Assembly (NCBI RefSeq): GCF_000315625.1
Contig: NW_005434612.1
Span: 329,038-393,037 of the forward strand
Source: Guillardia theta CCMP2712
Lineage: Eukaryota > Protista > Cryptophyta
Length of the DNA: 64,000 nucleotides
Direction of reading: 5' to 3'
The position numbers were made by a program, and so were the translations under genes. The notes beneath the pieces were generated by a model. The model ran no database searches, was not told where the DNA came from, and saw only the letters and a list, made by a program, of their open reading frames with translations. Shown piece after piece: positions 58,301 to 64,000 of this stretch (positions within the stretch are counted from its first letter, which is position 1; each line of letters opens with the position of its first letter).

Positions 58301-61300
58301 CAGCATCTCCTCCTCTCCTCCTCAATCAGCGCCGTCCCTGCCAGCTCCTCTCGAGAAAACCAGACACGCTGAGCCTGAGCGACGAGTTTCATCTGGAAGC
58401 GCGTGTAGGGCGCCTGGTTGTCGCGATGATCCCCGTGCATGTACGTGTCGGGATGGAAGAAGACCTCGAAGATCTTGTGACTGTTGCCCTTCAAGATCTC
58501 TTGACATCTCGTCAGCTTGCAGTAGTTCAAGACAAACTTGAGGAAGAAGATCCTGACCAGGGACGACTGGTCGGCATCTTGAATCAGAGACAGGACACCG
58601 CTCAGGATCGAGCTTGCTTTTTCAGCGTACTCCTTCCCCTTCTGCTCAAAGGACAGCAGGGCGAAAGCGAGAGCGTACATGCATTCGTGGTGGTCAAGCC
58701 GATCCCCATCAATCCGGAAGTTGTACAGGCTCGAGGAGGAGATATCCCGCGGTCTGTCCGCCTGACCAGCCTCCTCTTCTAACTCAGACAGCGTCAGCTT
58801 CCAGACTTCCTGGCTGCTGTCGAAGTTGGTTGCGGTGAGTGACATCGTCTGCACGCCCTCCTCGTTCTCTTCGTTGGTTTGCTCGATTGTGTTGTCTTGG
58901 AAGTCCCTTATGGCTGACTCTCTCGGTTCGTACATGCTTTCAGTGTCAATGATGGCATTCCAGGACCAGTTCTTGATCAAGAACTTGTGGAACAGCTCTG
59001 ATTTCGACTGCGTTCGTGCAAAAACAGCACAGAGAGTACTGTGACATGTGCGATAACAGTCTTTCGCAAGGTTCACATCGGTAGATGATATTTCTGCTGA
59101 GCAAACTTTGCACAGCCCGACTATCAGATCCTTTGAAATGTGATTTTGTGAATCAGTCGCTAGACAGTGTAGCTTGTTGACAATGTCGTCGTAATTCAAC
59201 CTGAGGTACACCATCCTGACTACCTGGAAAGTACAAGTTATCTTGTTGAACTCCTCGTCTGTGAACTTGGATCTTCCCTTGAGCAGCTCCACACAGTTGG
59301 TGATCATGCGGTAGCAGTTTTGAAACAGAGACACAACGCTGTCCTCTGTCATCGTCACGAGGCCTCTAGCGCAAACTTCTTTGAGCGCCCATCTGTACGC
59401 GAGCCCGTTGTCCTGTCGTCCTGAGATGGTCTGACACTTCTGGAGAGCGAAGTAGATGGCGTCCTCCCGATCTCGATCTGAAAGGGCCGCGAAGAAGCCA
59501 TCCAGCGCCAGGTCCACTTCCCCCTTCTTGTGATTCGACTGGTGAGCCTGGAAGAGAGCGGATTGGATGATGTCGAGGACTTCTACCTTGTTCGCACCCT
59601 GCACGAATTGAAGGATCTCTTTGAAGTAGCTCTCGTTGTCCACGCTAATGGGCTGACCCTCAGTGTCGGTCTTCAAGCTCAGGCGCAAGTATCGGTTGAG
59701 ACAGGTGGTGATATGCGTTCGTTCACAATCGAACTGCATCAGGTCTATCAGCAGAGGAACCAAAACTTTGAACTCCTCCAAGAAAGGTTTCGCGTCAAGA
59801 ACGGCACACGCCCAATCCCGGAATGGTCCGACGACTCTTTTCACGTCCTCGTCGCCATCTTTGATATCCATGAGGAAGTTCAAGCTCTGCCTCAGAATCA
59901 CCATCGTCTCCTTGAGCTGTAGACGGGAGACACTCAACATGCTCTGCAGCGCCTCTCTGGAGACGATGAAGCTGAACGCAATTCTTTCCGCTAGCTTCCT
60001 ACCCGCCGGCCACAGATTTTGTCTGCTGCATGTTTCCAGCATGTTGTTGAGCATTCCAAGTGTCTTGAGGCTGCTTGTGCACTCTATCTCGTCAATGTGC
60101 CATATGAAGTATCGATCGTATGTTTGCCTGTACTGCAGGTAGAGGTTGCTCATCGTCTTGATTGCTTCCCCTCCTTCCATCACAATGATGCCTTGAAAGC
60201 ACTCGCTGGGCTTGTTGCTCAGCTCCAACGCAAGCTCTACAAACTCTGGAGGGTATCCGTCATTGAGCTGCATCCATTCAAACATTTTCTCAGCAGTCTG
60301 TGACTGCATTCGTTTCTCCTCAGTCGCAAAACCTCTCTTCAGTAGTAGAGCTCGTCCTTTCAAGAAGATGCTGAGCTCTCCATGTCCAAACGTTTCAAAA
60401 GACTTACAGAATTTGTCCATCAGGAAGAATTCGTACTTCTTCTCCAGATCACACAAGGAGCTTTGTAAGGCCTCCTTTAACACGTTGCAAGAAGATATGA
60501 TTGCCAGAATCTCATCTAGAGTGATAAGCACATCTTGATCCAGAATCTTGCTTGCGTTCTCTACGTCTTTCACACCAAGTGGACACAAACAATTCAGAAG
60601 GAACACAGAACACAGAGGCTTGACAAGTCCAGGTGCTGCCTTTGAAGTTTTGAGCGCCACATGTTTGAAGATGCTCTGACAGAGCACGAGCTCCACCTTC
60701 ACAGCTTGCCAAGATCGAGTTGACCTCTTGGCCTCTGCTGGAGAGTTTTTGGAAGGTTCCCCATTCGTGACATAATCCGATTCATGAGGTAGATGTTGTA
60801 CGAACTGATCAAGTGGGAAAGTCTTGAAAAGTTTGTCCAGATCAAAACCGAGCGATTCCAACCACAGGAAGTTCTCAAACATCAAACTAGCACCTACTTT
60901 CTGCACGTCAACAAACTCTTTGAGGGCAGAGAGAAGCCGCTTCTCATCAAAACGTCTCCCCAGGTGAGTGTCACCAGCTTCTGTGCGGAGTCGCTGGATC
61001 AGCTGCCGGCAAGATGTCCTCATGGTTGGTTGTGATGAGACCATCCCCTGCATCACATGCTTCCCGTACATCTCCAAGTCTTGAAGCTTCTCCGACACAT
61101 CAGCCGTGGCACAGTTGACGAGCAGCGTCTCTGCAAACTCAAGCGCCTGCAACAGGCTTCTAGCCGCTTCGAGCGAGCGATCATCGGTCGACGTATACTT
61201 CAATCCCAACAAGCAGTAGGTGTTGAGTTTCGCGACATTTTCCGCAATGAATTTGTTGTAATCTTGTGCTTTCTCAGACAAGACCGTGGCGAGACGAATG

Positions 61301-64000
61301 ACAATCAAAGAGCCCGTGTGCCGTTGACTAGCATCAGGATGTGTCAGGATGCCATACACTCGATTGATTAGAACAGCAAGTACTCCACCTTCCCAACCTT
61401 TCTCCTCCTCCTTGGCATGACGAGATTTCTTGTGCTCTTGCTCGTCCTGACCGAGAAACATTTCGAGCATCAGACAGGCCCACCTTGAGGCCTCTGGCGT
61501 TGTGCAGGACTCCTGGATGACGACATCGAAGATGTGAACACAAACAGCCCGATACTTGTTGCGCTCCCGAGCCAACCACTTTATGATCTCCTCGTTGAGA
61601 GACTGAAAGATCGTCTTGATCTGTTTGGTCACATCAACGCTCAGCTTCATCACTTGTGCATACAACGCTCCAAACATGCTCATCAGCGCATTTAAGTTTT
61701 CAGGGCTCTCGCTGTTCTCCTTCAGCTCTCCGATGACGAGGCATGTCAAGGTGTGCAGACATTCAGCAAACGTTACTCTAGCTTGCCGCTCGGACGACTC
61801 AGATACAACTTCAGAAATGCGCGACGTGATCTTGTCAAGGCACAACTCGCCCATCGGCCCTTTCTTCAACTTGATGAGCTGTTGGAGAGCAGAGCGCCTG
61901 GCCGCATGCGTCTGCTGGTCCTTAGGCTGGAGGTCGTTCCACATGAGGTGACTTGTTTTGCCGATGATGCGGATTGCTCGCTGAGAAGAGTCCAGGACGA
62001 GGTCTGCGCCCTTGTGCTCTGAGACAGCCTTCTTCCTTCTGCTCAGATCTTGTCTCCTTCCTCCCGCCTTCCTCACGCTCACTCCTGTACTAGAGTCCCT
62101 GCCAAATGCAACGTGAAGCTCCACGAGTCTGCAGATCTCCATCAGCTGATGTTGGAGTTCTGGTCTGTCAACTTCTATCCATCCCTCGACAAACTCCAAC
62201 GTTCGGTCAAGCAACGAAGGCTCGGCGAAACCTACGGACAACGATCGTCGGAGCACCCGAAAGTGCACTGGAAAATCGACGAACCCCATCGGGATGGCAA
62301 GGATGAACTCGAGGCGACTGAAGAGATCGTCCTCCTCTTGCTCCTGCTCACAAGCCTTGGATACCTGGGAAGGTTGTCAAGGCATGCCCTCAGGACGCAA
62401 CAGAGCCTTTCACCTCGTTGGAAAACTGCTGGAGCTCGACCATATCCTTCAAGAAAGTCCTGAGCTCCTCCGACTTGAGGCAAATCCGGATGCTCTTGGT
62501 AAGGAGCTTCAAGAGCCCGCAGAGGGTTGTATCCTTCATGGCCAGGAGAAGGAGGGACCTTGTGAACGACTTGATATTGAGCTTCGACCGGATTGACGAC
62601 TCATCCTTCTCTAACCTGTCAAGCACTCCAGAGCAAAGATCTGTCAGGTTGATGTAACGATCAAAGTCCTTCTTATTTCTGCGAGATGTGGCGTGTGCTT
62701 GAGAAAAAGCAAGCTGGTCATTCAAGCCATCTGCTGCACCGATCGACAAGTCCAAGGAGTTCAGCAGGGTGATGGTGTGGCTTAGAAGCTGATTGTAGAT
62801 CTCAAACTGCACACGATCCACCCTCTCTGTCTCTCCGCCCTCGGCTTCTGTTCCCCCGCTTCTCAAGTTTCTTTCAATCCAGTCTACCTGCTTTGAATTC
62901 AAGACGGACGTCCAAAGGTGGACGAGAGAGAAGCAAGGCTGGTCCTTCAAATCGTCAACCGCTCTCTTCCCTGGAGGAGCGTGGTTTTCATCTCGCCTTG
63001 GCTCAATGCTGATAGGCAGAGCTACAGGCACCAGAGACGCGCTGGACAAGTTGCTAGCAGAAGAGAACATGATCGAGCAGTAGAGCAAGAACCAAGCTCT
63101 CTCATGCAAAAATTGTTTTTTCTGCATGATGGAAGGGTATGAACTGAAAAGATATCGAACAATATCAGATATGAACCATGAGCAATCTTGCTTCTGAACA
63201 GCTTGCTGTGAGAAACTTCAGATCCCTCGGTGACTCTCAGTGACAAATCAAGTTCTCACCGGCAGGTTCATGAAGATGTTTGCGATGGACATAACAAATT
63301 CAGGCAAGATCTCATTGACCTTATCATCCTCATCGTTGTCATCTTCCTTGCTCAGAAACAAGTTCCAATACAGCAGGCTGCTCGGCAGGAAGTCATCTAA
63401 AATGCTCATGTTGTACTTCGCTGCATGCCATGCCAGCGATCCCCTTCCTCTGAACGACAAGGAGATGCATTTAAGGTCTTGCTCTTCCATGAGCTCAGTG
63501 TACGTCGTGTTCAGCATCGACACCTCTTCTGCCGTCTTGATGTACTTCTTGACTTCGCTGGTCCAGGTGTCGAAAGCTGTCAGGGCTGCAGATCGCACGT
63601 CCCTGTTGTTGTGCTTGCACCACTTCAAGAGGACCTCACAGATCTTTGGTGCGTTTGCAATCTCTGTCATGTACCTTGCAAGATTCATTGCGTGTTCCCC
63701 CAGCAGCTTCAAGGATGCCTTGACAACATCGTAACGCTCAATCTTGGCCGGTCCCTCCAGTGCGCTCCACATCTTGGCTGCGCAATCTCTCATCAGCGGC
63801 GCGCTGCTTCCCTCGATGTCCTTGAAGCGGAAGTGCGTCAACAGCCCTCTCATCCCCATGAGACATCCTGCATTAGCTCGCAGAGTTTTCGCCGTCCTCA
63901 TGTAAGAGGAGAGCGCGTTCCTGTAGTACTCGTACGCTGTCTTGTTCCCTGACATTTTGCACGTGTCGAGGGCTTGCGGGTGTAGGAAGCAGAGGCAGTT
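52395..64000 (-). CDS. PRKDC: DNA-dependent protein kinase catalytic subunit (PIKK family); 5' part lies beyond the window
   Basis: '[12 protein letters not shown]', 'GDRHLGN', '[26 protein letters not shown]' and FATC '[18 protein letters not shown]|AYYGWGPFA*'. More than 3500 aa including a long helical N-terminal region. Confidence 0.95.

Overview
This is gene-dense eukaryotic nuclear DNA. The short GT-AG introns (about 45-60 nt), abundant microsatellites and an 'ATA-F' bipartite plastid presequence point to an alga with a red secondary plastid, most likely a cryptophyte such as Guillardia theta (inference). About 17 protein-coding genes can be reconstructed: an MFS transporter, akirin, plastid phosphoglycolate phosphatase, a large signal-peptide RRM protein, an exostosin-like protein, SYF1/XAB2, an FnIII tail-anchored protein, ZRANB3 (with an apparent 1-nt frameshift), a TMEM8/PGAP6-like protein, a small secreted protein, a C-CAP+TPR protein, an SK-like K+ channel with a non-canonical TTGYS filter, a PX protein, a coiled-coil protein, an ISIP3-like cupredoxin-DUF305 protein, a signal-peptide-bearing REX4-type exonuclease, and the 3' ~11.6 kb of DNA-PKcs. 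No rRNA, tRNA, CRISPR array or intact transposon was seen, and there are two 100-N gaps. The best leads are (1) signal peptides on RNA-processing proteins, followed by ubiquitin-tail-like RGG motifs, which suggests periplastid/nucleomorph import, (2) the GYS-filter channel, (3) the type-1 copper + DUF305 membrane protein, and (4) two classes of motif-built intergenic islands. All exon structures were inferred by eye and no database search was run.
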